DNA of 64,000 nt from Tilletiaria anomala UBC 951 (taxonomy: Eukaryota), in contig NW_013547015.1 in assembly GCF_000711695.1 (NCBI RefSeq), positions 1 through 64,000 on the forward strand, given 5' to 3'. Positions 11,624 through 23,117 of this stretch are shown piece after piece. How positions within the stretch are numbered: position 1 is the stretch's first letter; each line of letters begins with the position of its first letter. The position numbers and the translations under genes are program-made. The notes below the pieces were generated by a model, which worked only from the letters and a program-made list of their open reading frames with translations, did not search any database and was not told the DNA's origin.

Positions 11624-12701
11624 TCATGCCTGAGCTTTGCAGACTAGTCTTTTGATGGCCCGAGCCACTTCCTGGATATCTTTGCTCTTTCTTGGAGGTG
11701 CATGACCACCGTCAAATTCGAGAACCTCGGCTGTGCCTGGGGCACAGAGCGATGCTAACAGATGCCCCTCCTGCCTGGCCCCGTCTTGCTTGCCGATGAT
11801 GTGCAGCGTCGGAATGGTGATTCTGATAGGCGCGTCAGTCCCTTTCAACTCCCTCGTGTTGTACCGTTGCGTAGTGACAGGAGAGAAAGGGCGGCTACCG
11901 CCTGCAGAATGGTCGGAAAATGGCATCAGAAGGCATTATGTAAGACCATCAGGCGGCGAAGCGCTCACAAATGAAGATGGCAAATTTGATTGGAGCTTCC
12001 TCAGCGGGATGCTCAATCGAAGTTTGGAGCAGAAGTCCTGCAGCTAGCGCGCAACCTTGAGAAAAACAGATCACACCATCGAAAGCTCTGAAACAGTCGG
12101 CATCGATGATGTTAAGCGCCAGCGTGGGTTTTGGAGACGAGCGGCGCGAGCAAGGCGACAGAGCACCGTCAAGAGATGAGCCGGATGATGGGGTGTCAAA
12201 GAGTGACGTGTAGTCTGAAAACCGAACGCTCTTCTTCGTACTCGCACACGAACCGAGGGAGGTCCCTTGAGAGTTCGTTGTACAAGTCAAACGCTGCCGA
12301 TCTGGAAAGCGTGACTGGAATGGTGTAGTACTCAGGTCGGCCGCGGACCCTCGAGCCAATGGGGCGTGCACCTTCCACAGCGTACTACCTTTCCGCATAT
12401 CACTGACTTGAGGCTTCGGAACCTCATCGGGCGATCCAAGGGGACGACCTTGAAGAAGGGCTGAGAGGTAGTCTTGCGCTTCACGGAGCTTCTCAGAGGT
12501 TGGTGCTTCATACCAAGCCCTATAGTCTTGACCTGGGAAAAACCGTTCGATATTGTGGTATGGCACTGACGGAACCGGGCCCGACTCGAACTGAACGTGA
12601 CCTTCGATTTCAGCTGCTCTGCATAAAGGGCCGACTTGTGCCTTCATGATTTCAGAATTGGTGCCTTTACCGTGCAGGCCCAAGACACGTAACCCATCCA
12701 T
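11624..12701 (-). CDS. FSH1-family serine hydrolase / LovG-like esterase
   Basis: Motifs LRVLGLHGKGTN, nucleophile elbow FDGVICFSQG, IPTLHIIGKQD (Asp) and FDGGH (His). Intron 11968-11902. Confidence 0.85.
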
Positions 12702-14283
12702 CTTACCTATGATGGCTTTCCAGACGTTAGCAGGGGCAGTCCGCTGGAGGAGCCAAGGATGGGGGGTCGGCAAGTTTTTGGCTGCTGAACAAGGTCATAA
12801 TCTCTTAAATGCAACATCATCAGTACAAGGCCATCGATAAGGGAACCCCCCAAGCTGAGCAATGAAGAATGAGGCAGGATCAGTGATGACATCCCCTGGG
12901 AAGAAATGACCGAGACGGTAGTCAGTATCGGCCTACTGAAGGCACGTGGGAAGCCAATAAGAGTTTACCTAAGCTCAACCAATGGCCCGGACCACAAGTC
13001 CATTCTGTCGGCGGCCTGCGCTTGAGTTTGCGCGATCACTTGTATCGCTCGGGCCTTCGATGTATGATTCGCGATTAGATAGCCAACACACATTCCATGG
13101 TTTGTTTGCTTTCCACACAAACATTCGATTGTCGGGAGGTGCTTCAGAGAGACTGCCGAGAAGGAGTTGAACCATGCATATGTGCGCAATGGCCGCATGT
13201 GTTGCAAAGACGGCCAAGCATCAAAGTGGAAGGGAGAACGGTGGCTCGTCAGAATGGATGCATCGAAGCAAGCGAGCTGCGATGGACCAACACGGCGGCA
13301 AACAAACGACCGATGGTGGGCGATGATCTTATTGGCGCTGGTACGACCCAGGTAATATGGCTCTCTGCTTTGAGAAGTCACTGTCGTTTGTCGATCGATA
13401 TGTGAATCGAGCATGATGTGTTTTCCCTTATTCGCTGACCAACGGTGGGGAGGACAATACAAGCACATAACCGCACACTGCTGCAGAGCCTTCCAAAGGA
13501 GCGAGGACCACCCGCAGTGTCGGGAGCCTGCGCCGTAGTCATGTCTCTTTAAACACCCTTGGCTATCAAGCAACCAAATCAACCATGACTGCACAGGCTG
13601 CAACAATCAACGATACTCACGATGCGTTGATGTGGATTCGTGGCGCCCGGCTCCTGCATTGAGAAAGGAAAGGACGTAGGCAATAGGTGTAGACTTTCCT
13701 CATTTGCACCCATTCGGTGTCGGAAGACAGACATCAAACAGCTTGTGAGCCGCCCCTGCACTTTGCGTACCTAGAATACTTGCGGGACCATGCGAGATCA
13801 AGTGCCCCTTGCGGCGTTACACCCGTTGCTGGCTAACTTTTGAGATTGGATATTGCATGTGTGATGCAGCAGCGTGCTTTGGGATACTGAAAACTGAGTA
13901 CTGACCACCGACTCTCAGTGCCGGCATCCGGCGTAAGCATTTGGTAATGCAAACACAAGGGTCAAATGCGTCTCCCGTCGTGCCCACCGAGAACATCATG
14001 TGCAAATATCCGCCATCACTGATGCTCAAACTCAAGCCCACAAGAAATTCCGGGTGCTGTCCGGGTCTTGGTGGTCCAACGCGCCCACCCATGCTGGCCA
14101 TCATTGCTAATTACCAGGGGTCAAAGCCTTGGATTGAATCTCAATATACATCGTGAAAGCGAGTGCAACGTTGTCCACGAGAACTGTCGCGAAATTGACG
14201 CTTTAATGCAGACTGCATATATTCTGACTTGCAGAAGGGATCTATTGATCATTCTTTCCTCCTTTTTGTATCTCTTTGCGTGA

Positions 14284-17200
14284 ATGAGCAAGTCATCCAC
14301 TCTGACCATGGCGCAACTTAGCGGCTCTGAAGAGCCAAACGAGCATCCGCTCTATTTTTTGCACCGCAACCCAGTCGTCAGTATTCTCGGCGATCCCTTG
14401 AACTTCGACCTGAGGGCACAGGTTCTGACGGTGGGCAAGATTGCGAAAACGAATCCGACCTTGCGCAGCTTTCTCGTCGCCTGGTTCGATGCCGTCCAAA
14501 GGAAATCCCAGCATTGGTCTCAGCTCGGCTGTGTTGCTCCGTCTTTGGAGGTATTCACTGACCAACTGGCCTTGGAGAATGCTTTGGAGTGCTGTGTACA
14601 TCTAATAGCCCCTTTGGAGCTGATCTGCGTTCTTGCGGCGTACATTGCGGCTTGCAATCCGATGGACGTGAACGCAGTAGCAGCCGGTTGTGATTCCGAC
14701 TTGCACAAACGCATTCTCAAGTACGGAAGAGATGGTATGGTCGATTTCACGCAATTTGGCTTGGCGAGGATGGTCATTTTGGCGAGCAAGACAATTTCAG
14801 ACGTTTGCAAATATGCATCTACGGCAGCGGCTCTCGCCCTGTCGCTTAGTCATTCAATCAGCGCAAAAGACAAAGGAGCACCCAAATTTTCCACTGTTCA
14901 AAAACGTCTCCTCATTCCGCGCGAAGGAAGCTCTCTTGCTGGAGGACTGAAGGATGTGCAGGTATGTCGCTGACGTACGGATGTGATGCTTTATGGCTCG
15001 TGATGACTCTTCATCCCGCCGCATGGCAGATTGTCGGCAGTGTGTTCGACTTGGCTGTCGTGGTGCAAGGGAGCCCGGGAGCCATAGCGGCTGCTCAAGA
15101 TCAGCTGGCTTTTGAACATGGAGTGCTCTCTCTTCTCCAACCGAGAGATTTTTTCAAGCTGGACGACAAGCAGAAAGTCCCTGATGCCGGCGCTCTCACA
15201 TGTCTTGGTCAAGGCATGGATCTGTCCTTCCTGGGCGAAGGCGAGACCAAGCAAATCAAAATGCATAACCTTCTCTACCACAGCGGCAATATGGCCAACA
15301 AAGTGGTTGAAGATGCTGTCACCAGGGCTGCGGAGCCACCAGGTGCAAATCATGTCACTGTGCTCGGATTTTGTGCTGGTGCGCACTTGCTCTTTAGCTG
15401 CAAGGGCAAGCTCAATGCATTGGGCTCCGGTATGCCACTCGATGTGGAATGCATCGATGTGCTGATGGAGGTAAAAAAAGGCAATCACAAGCCCGTCGAC
15501 CGAAAGCGACCCGTCAGTTTGTCGGCAGTCAAGGGTACCGCAGCAGAGTCCGTCGCCGTCGTCGGTATGTCATGCAGAGTCCCAGGCGCTGAGAGCGTTG
15601 AAGAATTTTGGCAGAACCTGCTCGATGGCAAAGATATGTGCTCGAAGATCCCAGAGCGCTTGTTCCGTGTGGAAGATTATCAGTCGAAAGCGTACAAGGA
15701 CAAGAACACGATGCGCGCCTCTACCGGCAACTTCATCGACCGCCCTGGCTTTTGGGACCCAGAGGTGTTCGGTTGCGACATGGAGATGGCCCAGAAACTC
15801 GACCCTCAACAGCGTCTGGCGTTGTTGGTCGCCATGGAGGCACTCGAGAAGTCCGGCTACGCTCCCAAAGCCGGAACTTCCAACGACCCTGCGACCTTTG
15901 GTACCATCATCGGATGCTGCTCGGACGACATGCTGCAGAATCGCGCGCACAAGATCGAAGCACCTTTCATCTCGGCTCTGCTGCGGCCCAATATACCCAC
16001 CAAAATCAACCAATTTTACGGGTGGAGTGGTCCGGCAGTGACATTGGACACGGCGTGTTCTGGCTCCCTCGTTGCTATCGAAAGCGCCTGCAGCCATCTT
16101 CTCCAAGGAAAGTGCAACGCGGTACTCACCGGAGGCGTCAATATCCTGACGCAACCTCAAATCTTCTTAGGGGTAAGCCTTCCTTTGAAAGCTGTTCATA
16201 TGCATGGCGGTTACATTCTGATTTACTTCGTTACATTCGAACATGGATCACAGCTCGACCGTGGCTTCTTTTTGTCGCCGACTGGTCAATGCAAGACACT
16301 CGATGATAAAGGAGATGGATACAGCAGAGCCGATGCTGTCTCTATGGTTGTGCTAAAGAGGCTCAGTGATGCCATCAACGAAGGCGACAATATCCTGGGT
16401 ATCGTCAACTCGGCCGCCACAAACCACTCCGGCGAAAGCTATTCCAGTGAGATAGGGCTACGGGTTGCTTGTCTAACTGTACGACATTCTGACTTCGGTG
16501 TTGTACAGTCACTCATCCTCACTACCAAACCCAAAGACGCTTGTATAGGAGCTGCATGACGGCAGCGCACCTTGACAGTCCTAACCAGGTTCACTATGCT
16601 GAGCTTCATGGCACGGGAGTGAGTGTGACCCGGACCAACATTGCGTGCTCCCTCACTTATGTAAGTCAACCTTTGTCATTGAAAGACGGCTGCAGGAGAT
16701 TTTGAAGAGATTACCGGTGTAGTCACAACATATGCGAAGACAAGGCCCAAGGATCGGCCCTTGATCATTGGCAGTGTCAAAGCCAACGTCGGCCACAGCG
16801 AATCTTGCTCGGGCGCCACGTCCTTGGTGAAAGCCTTGCTTGTGTTCCAGAACAGCCTGGTGCCCCGTCACATCGGTATCAGAAGTAAGCTCAACACCAA
16901 ATTGCCCAATCTGGCTGGCATTCATATTCCCTTGGAGGGAACCAAGGTCTCGGCTACCAGCAGGGACACGGATGACCGCGTGTTCACAGTGTCGAACTTC
17001 AGTGCCGCCGCTGGCAATACAAGCCTGGTGCTTCGTGCACCTCCGCTGAAACGTCGAAAGGCGCTCGCGTTGAATGCTGATGCGTTGCTGCCGTGTTTGT
17101 TCGTGCTCTCCGGTGCGACGCTAAGGTCTCTCAAAGACAATGCCGACAATCTGCTCGCATTCTTGACGGATTACCCTGACACAGACGTACGGGAGCTGTG

Positions 17201-20200
17201 CTTCATCCTGACGGCCCAACGGATCCATCATGCCCATCGAATTTCAGGCATAGTCAACAGTATTGACGACATTCGGAGCCTCATCAGTAAACACCAGGTC
17301 AAACATGTTCAGCGCCTTGAGCCTGCCAAAGTCGCATTCGTTTTCAGTGGCCAAGGTGCGCAATACCTCGGGATGGGCAAAGAACTATTCCAAACGAGTC
17401 CACACTTCAAGACAAGCATGCAAAAGTGCAATGACATTTCGAAAGCACTCGGATTTGGCTGTTTCCTCTCGGCGATCTACCCGTCTGGAGAAGCCTCTGA
17501 AGCCTCGCCGGTCCATTACCAGCTCGCAATTGTCTCTCTTGAAATTGGCCTGATGCGACTCTTACAAGCTTGGGGCACCAATCCGGTGGCAGCCTTGGGG
17601 CACAGCCTGGGCGAGTACTCTGCTTTGCACGCCGCTGGAGTCTTGAGCCTACAAGACACCCTTCGTCTTGTGGGCAACCGAGCGCAATTGATGGTCAAGT
17701 ATTGCGAAGCGGGAGCTTCGACGATGCTCGCCATCAAGGCTGTGGAAGGTGAAGTGTTGTCGCTGCTTAAGCGTGCGGGGGTCACAGACTGCGAAATCGC
17801 TTGCTACAATTCATCAGACGATCTCGTCCTAGCGGGGCCCTTGCAATCGATCCAAAAAGTCAAGCTGGCAGCCGACACCAACCAACCGAAGCTCAAGTCG
17901 ATGGTGCTCAGTGTGCCGTATGCATTTCACAGCGAAGCGGTGCAGCCCTTGATCGAGCCGTACCTGCCCATCGCTTCCTTGGCACGGTACAACACCCCCA
18001 GAATCGCAATCGGAGCTAACAGTGGAGAGCTCGTGGAGCGCACTGCTTTCTTCAATGGCGAGTATTTGGTCAAACACCTCCGTAATCCAGTGCGATTTGC
18101 CAATGCCGTCGATGCTTTGACCGCGAAGACTTCTGTCGACTGCTTAGTCGAGCTCGGACCCCATGCAACGTGCATCCCAATGCTAAGAAGTATTTTCAGC
18201 GGTCAGCTTCCCGCGCCTGCGCTCATTCCGACGCTCAAGAAGGGCGTTTCTTCATGGACATCGCTCACCACAACTCTTCTCCATCTCTTTGACCATGGCG
18301 TGGTGCTCGATTGGCTGAAAGTACACGCGACGCTCGGCTCGGACGTCCTCGATTCCAAATTGGCCGCAAAGCTGCCAACATACGCATTTGACCTTGACAA
18401 CTACTGGATCGACTACGCAGACCGCGGACTCCGCGATCATCTCACTGAGCAACAATGTCAGGCGGTGAAGAGAGTCAAGGGCGCCGCAACAGCTCGCAAA
18501 CATTCTTTTCCTGTTCCAAAGACTGCGCTGCTCAGCTCTTGCACAAGGCTCGAGCTGAAAGAGCCGAGCACGGCTACGTTTGATGCACTCATCAACGAAC
18601 AGCCATTCAAGGATATGGTCATGGGTCACTACATTGTCGGCTTCGCGCTGACGCCCGCAACTGTGTTCGCAGAGCTGGCGCTGGAAGCTGGAAGCTACGT
18701 TCTCGAACAACTTTCTGGCGTCGAAGTGCCATTGGAGGGGTTAGAGGTCACCAACCTGGCCATGTTCAGTTCTCTTTATCCCGACAATGCTAGTCCTCGT
18801 CAATCCGTCCAGGTTGAGCTCGTTGGCTCTCCATACGCAGCTGGTGGCGCTTCTGTCTCCTTCTTTTCAAGCGATCGTACAACTGGTCATTCTCATCAGC
18901 ACAGCTCGTGCACTGTTACGGTCGCCAATCCGTCTACTATAGAGAGAGAGTGGAAGCGGTTGAAGCATCTCATCGCCGACCGCATCGCGACTCTCCGACG
19001 CGACCCTGCTACTGTATTGCGTCGCCAGATGGTCTACCGCCGCTTCGAGACAATTGTCAGTTACAGTCCTGCCTACCAAGGCATTGAGCAAGCGTTCCTT
19101 AACGATTCTGGTCAAGAAGCAGTTTCAGAAGTATATCTGCAGCCTACTGCACCGTCGGGTAACTTTGTATGCTCGCCCATGCTTCTCGACTCACTTGGAC
19201 AGCTGACCGGCTTCATCTCCAATGTCGGGGTAGCCTCTGAGGGCCAAGTCTACATCGCCGACGGAATTGGACGCATCGTGGTGACTCCACAACTGTCGAG
19301 TATTCAACCTGGTGCCGGGCAGCAGCTGATTGCCTGGGCACGCATGGAGCCGTCGAACGGCCGCTGCGTGGGCGATGTGTGGTTCACTGATAGCTCCCAT
19401 CAATTCATGGGCTGCATGCAGGACGTTGTTTTCAAGCAGCTCAAGCGCAGTGCATTGGAGCGACTCGTAAGCATGGGTGCTGCACAGGCGATCTCGCGCG
19501 AGGCATTTGTTCCATCTGTTTCAGTCAAGAAAACAAAGAAGAGCAAGATGTCGGATTCGGCCATCATTCTTCCGGCGTCTGACGGTGCGTCTGACATCCG
19601 AGCCGACTATGTTCATCTCGCTGGTCCTTCCGTCTTTGGACACGCGCTGCAACCCATCTTTTTACTCCCGGATGGATCCGGATCAGCCGGTTGCTTTAGC
19701 AAATTCTTGGAGCAGGACTGGCAGGTTCCCGTTTTTGGTCTCAATTCCCCTTTCCTTGGGAATGGCAAGACTGAAAGGTGGACTGGCGGTATTGCGCAAG
19801 TGAGCGCGGCTTTTTTCCATGCCATCATTCAAATTCAGCCTGAAGGACCCTACGCGATTGGTGGATATTCGATGGGCGCTGTGAGTTAGCGCTAGTGCGG
19901 TGTGCACTACATCAGGTCGTTGCTAAACTTATCTTTTAATGACCTGCAGTGCTGCGCAGTAGAGGTCGCAAGGATCCTGGCTGCTACAGGACGCAACGTA
20001 GAGACGCTCGTCCTGCTCGAGTGTCCTGCTCTCAATAAAAAGCATCTTCCACCGCTTCCCCCTGGCTCTCTCGATCATATCTTGGCCAAAGTCGAGTCAC
20101 CTGCTGGGCGCCGGCACTTTGAGCAAGCCAGCAAGGCCGTGCCAGGTCACTCGTTCAGCTTTGACTGGCCCGAGCCCTCGAAGGTCATTATCATCAATGC

Positions 20201-20357
20201 CATTGATGAAAGCCTCACTCCTAATCTCATGACATCGAAACCGGAGGATTGGAAGGAAGTTTTCAAGGTTGCTGATTTGAGCGTCCAAAATGTGCCGGGT
20301 AATCATCAGACCTTTTTGCAGGGTGCTCTCGACATCGTCTCGAAATGTTTTAAATAA
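14284..20357 (+). CDS. Iterative non-reducing polyketide synthase, SAT-like-KS-AT-PT-TE, no ACP domain (~1,900 aa, 6 exons)
   Basis: Introns 14962-15029, 16173-16253, 16447-16508, 16619-16685 and 19881-19949 all splice in frame. KS: DTACSGSL, ELHGTG, KANVGHSE. AT: FSGQGAQ, GHSLGEY, YAFHS. PT: GHYIVGFALTP, LLDSLGQ. TE: FLLPDGSGS, GGYSMG, GNH. Confidence 0.92.
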
Positions 20358-20521
20358 GCCCTAGTGTGACTGTGCCGAATAAAAAATGCATCAGCGATTT
20401 CTTTCGGGGTTTGCAACATTGACGGCACCTAGCATTGAACTTGTTGTGCAATCTTCTGCTCGTATATTCGTTTTTCGTGTGACATCGCATCTCCTCGCAA
20501 TGCAATAGAAATCTTCGTCTT

Positions 20522-22392
20522 TTACCGCTTTTTGTACAAGCAAGCCTTCAATACGGAGGCACCTTCAGTTACTAGCTGCTTCTCCTCTTCCATCTGCTTC
20601 TTTATACGCTCGTTGCGCTCGCTTTTGCTGAGGTTACTATACTCTTCTGGGACGGTTTCCGCTTTGCAGAATTCGAACAGCCAAAAATAGGAAGATCTGG
20701 TGTCGTGTGTATCGCATTTGAAACCTAGCGCTTCGATGATAGCGACAAATGCGTCACGGTCCGTAATACGGCTAGTGACCTCTGCGATAATCAGACGTGC
20801 GCTGCGGAGCAATGTTCACAAGTTGAATAGAAAATCAGCGTGCTGGTAATGGAGGTGGGCGCGATGGCTTGGTAAAGCAATACCCACTTGGTTTTTAATA
20901 TCCGTCTTGCTTCAATGATCATATCCACCCAATTGGTGCCCATCAAGCTCAAACTGAACACTGCGACATCCGCTACTTCGGGTCCCCTGTGCATTTCTTG
21001 CGCCAGCAACTTTGCATGCGCATTTTTGTCTCCCTTCCATCCACTTTGTGCATCAGCGAGGATTCTCTCGACTCGGGCCAACAAGACCCCCGGCCTTCCA
21101 GGAAGCGGCACGCGGGTGCCGATGTCGCAGCCTGTGACCCAACCATCGGGGCTGTCAAGCAGGTCGTAGCTTAGCACTGTAACCTGAGGCGTCTCCTGCA
21201 TTGCTTTTGCCAGTGGCGCCGTACCAGCTCCGAGGTCCACCACGAGTATCGGCGCTGCTACACTGCTGCTGGTACGCGCCTGCTCATAGAGCTTTCCCCC
21301 TGCCGACCTTTTGTCCTTCGCCCCTGGTTGCCCGTGTGTGATCGCACGCAGCCGACCCGCAATTTGCACCACAGGATTGACGGGCCACTTGTGAGTCTGG
21401 CTTGCGAAACCGTCGTGATATTCGCGCATCATCTCTGGGTTTTTGAGCATCATCTGTAATGCTGCTCGTGAATCGGATGTGTAAAGCTTTTCATTGATCG
21501 AACGGAAGCGCGCCCCGGAGAGAGAGGCAGACATGCTTGTTTGCAACGGTGTTAGAGACGAAGTTGCAATGTCTTCAGGCATACCGAGATGGGCCTGGTA
21601 GTGTGGGGTTGTTGCCGCTGTCCCTAGGCTTTGTCGATCTGACAAATCTGTATCGTGTTCATTACTCTGCGCCACTTCAGCTGCTTGTTTGGCTTGCATC
21701 TTTCTCCGAAGCTTCTTGCGCTGGCTTTTACTAAATGCACTCAGGTCAGGACCATCAAACAAGGGTGACGCCCCGTTGTTTTTTTCTGTGCTGTCTGCTT
21801 CCGCGGTCGTGCCGTTTAAGCAGGGCTTCTTGGCAGCAGACGCGGGGTCTGACTGCTTTGAAGCCTTAGCGGCAGCGGTGGCAAAAACATCCTTGCTTTT
21901 GAGTTTAAGCCTTTTGGAAGCTGCCTCATTCGCATCAGCAGCTTTGCTTCGGGATACGTCATCATCATCATCGTCTTCTTCGACTTCGGTCCTGGTGCCT
22001 CCTTTTCCATCGAGAGGGTCGAATTTTCGACGGCCATCGGCAGCTAAGAGCTCATCACCGCTTCGCTTGCGCTTGGAAGTGAGTCGACCTTTGAGTCGTA
22101 CATCTTGGAGCAGCGAACCTGCGGATGATGTCCCCACGCCTGAATCGGAGGCAGGAATCTGTGCGCCGACCCCGAGATTCGCAGGCCTCAGCTTGCGTTG
22201 CTTCGGCTGATCTCGCTTTTGAGGAGCGGTATGGCCTCCAGCATTTTTCTCGTCGCTTGTGTTGCCTGATCCGATGGAGGAAGATGAAAACTTGCCAAGG
22301 ATGCGCTGAGCGAGGAGGTTGCGGTCTGCCTCCATCTGCGCTACGAGCGAGGCCATTTGATCTGCGCCGTTGGCGCTCGTCGCGGGCGACAT
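20522..22392 (-). CDS. RRP8: 25S rRNA adenine-N1 methyltransferase Rrp8
   Basis: Motifs LSGARFRSINEKLYT, YHDGF..Q..KWPVNPV, VVDLGAG, VAVFSLSLMGTNW and IAEVTSR, with a C-terminal CLYKKR. Intron 20887-20802. Confidence 0.9.
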
Positions 22393-23117
22393 CTCGATAT
22401 GTTTGCTTAAACCTTGTTACTTGAAGGCATGCGCAAGCAGCTTGATCACTACTTGTGCCAGCTAAATGCCCCAAAGCCCAAGTCACCTTTGCGACCAATG
22501 CACGGATGAATGCAACAAAGCTACGTTGTGGCCGGGCCATGATGGTCAATATTACCTATGAACATTTGTCGAGATCTTCAGTATGAGAAATAGCCCAAAA
22601 ATAGGCGGAACCGAGAGGATAAAGACGTGCCTCGAATTCCGAATCCCGTGATCTTTCAGCTGTAGGCGGTGGGCCGCAGGACACAGACACAGACACCAAG
22701 CCTCCCCGCAATTCCGTTCAGGAAGTCCATGGAGAGCTGGCCGAAGGGACAATGATCCCAGGCATCTTGCACTGATGCCTGGTGATTTGAAGCTTTATGG
22801 TGCCATTCTGCAAGGAATTATGACAGGATCTGGCGAATTCTATAAATTCCGGCCATGGGAGTCCTGACTCCTCCACCCGTGGTACGCGCTGGCTGCGCAG
22901 ATTAGTGTTCGCCAGTCGCGCTCCACTTTGACTTCGGCGCGCTGGACCATCCCAGAGTCTCTGTAGCCCTCCTCCACGCCTTCGAATGGGTTCACCATCT
23001 TAAACACACGCTTGCAGCGCCTGGTGGAAGGCGACATGATGGGCTATTAATCAAGGTGACATCCTGAAGCATTCTTGTCATTGTATGACGAGAAATCCGC
23101 AGGCCTTCGCTTGGAAA

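Noticed and set aside
12780..14280. Short ORFs in the PKS/esterase intergenic region as a possible stand-alone ACP
   Set aside because: None contains a GxDS phosphopantetheine motif or looks protein-like.
22758..22782. 9-bp perfect inverted repeat in the RRP8/SEC7 divergent region
   Set aside because: An isolated hairpin with no supporting context. A few are expected in 64 kb.
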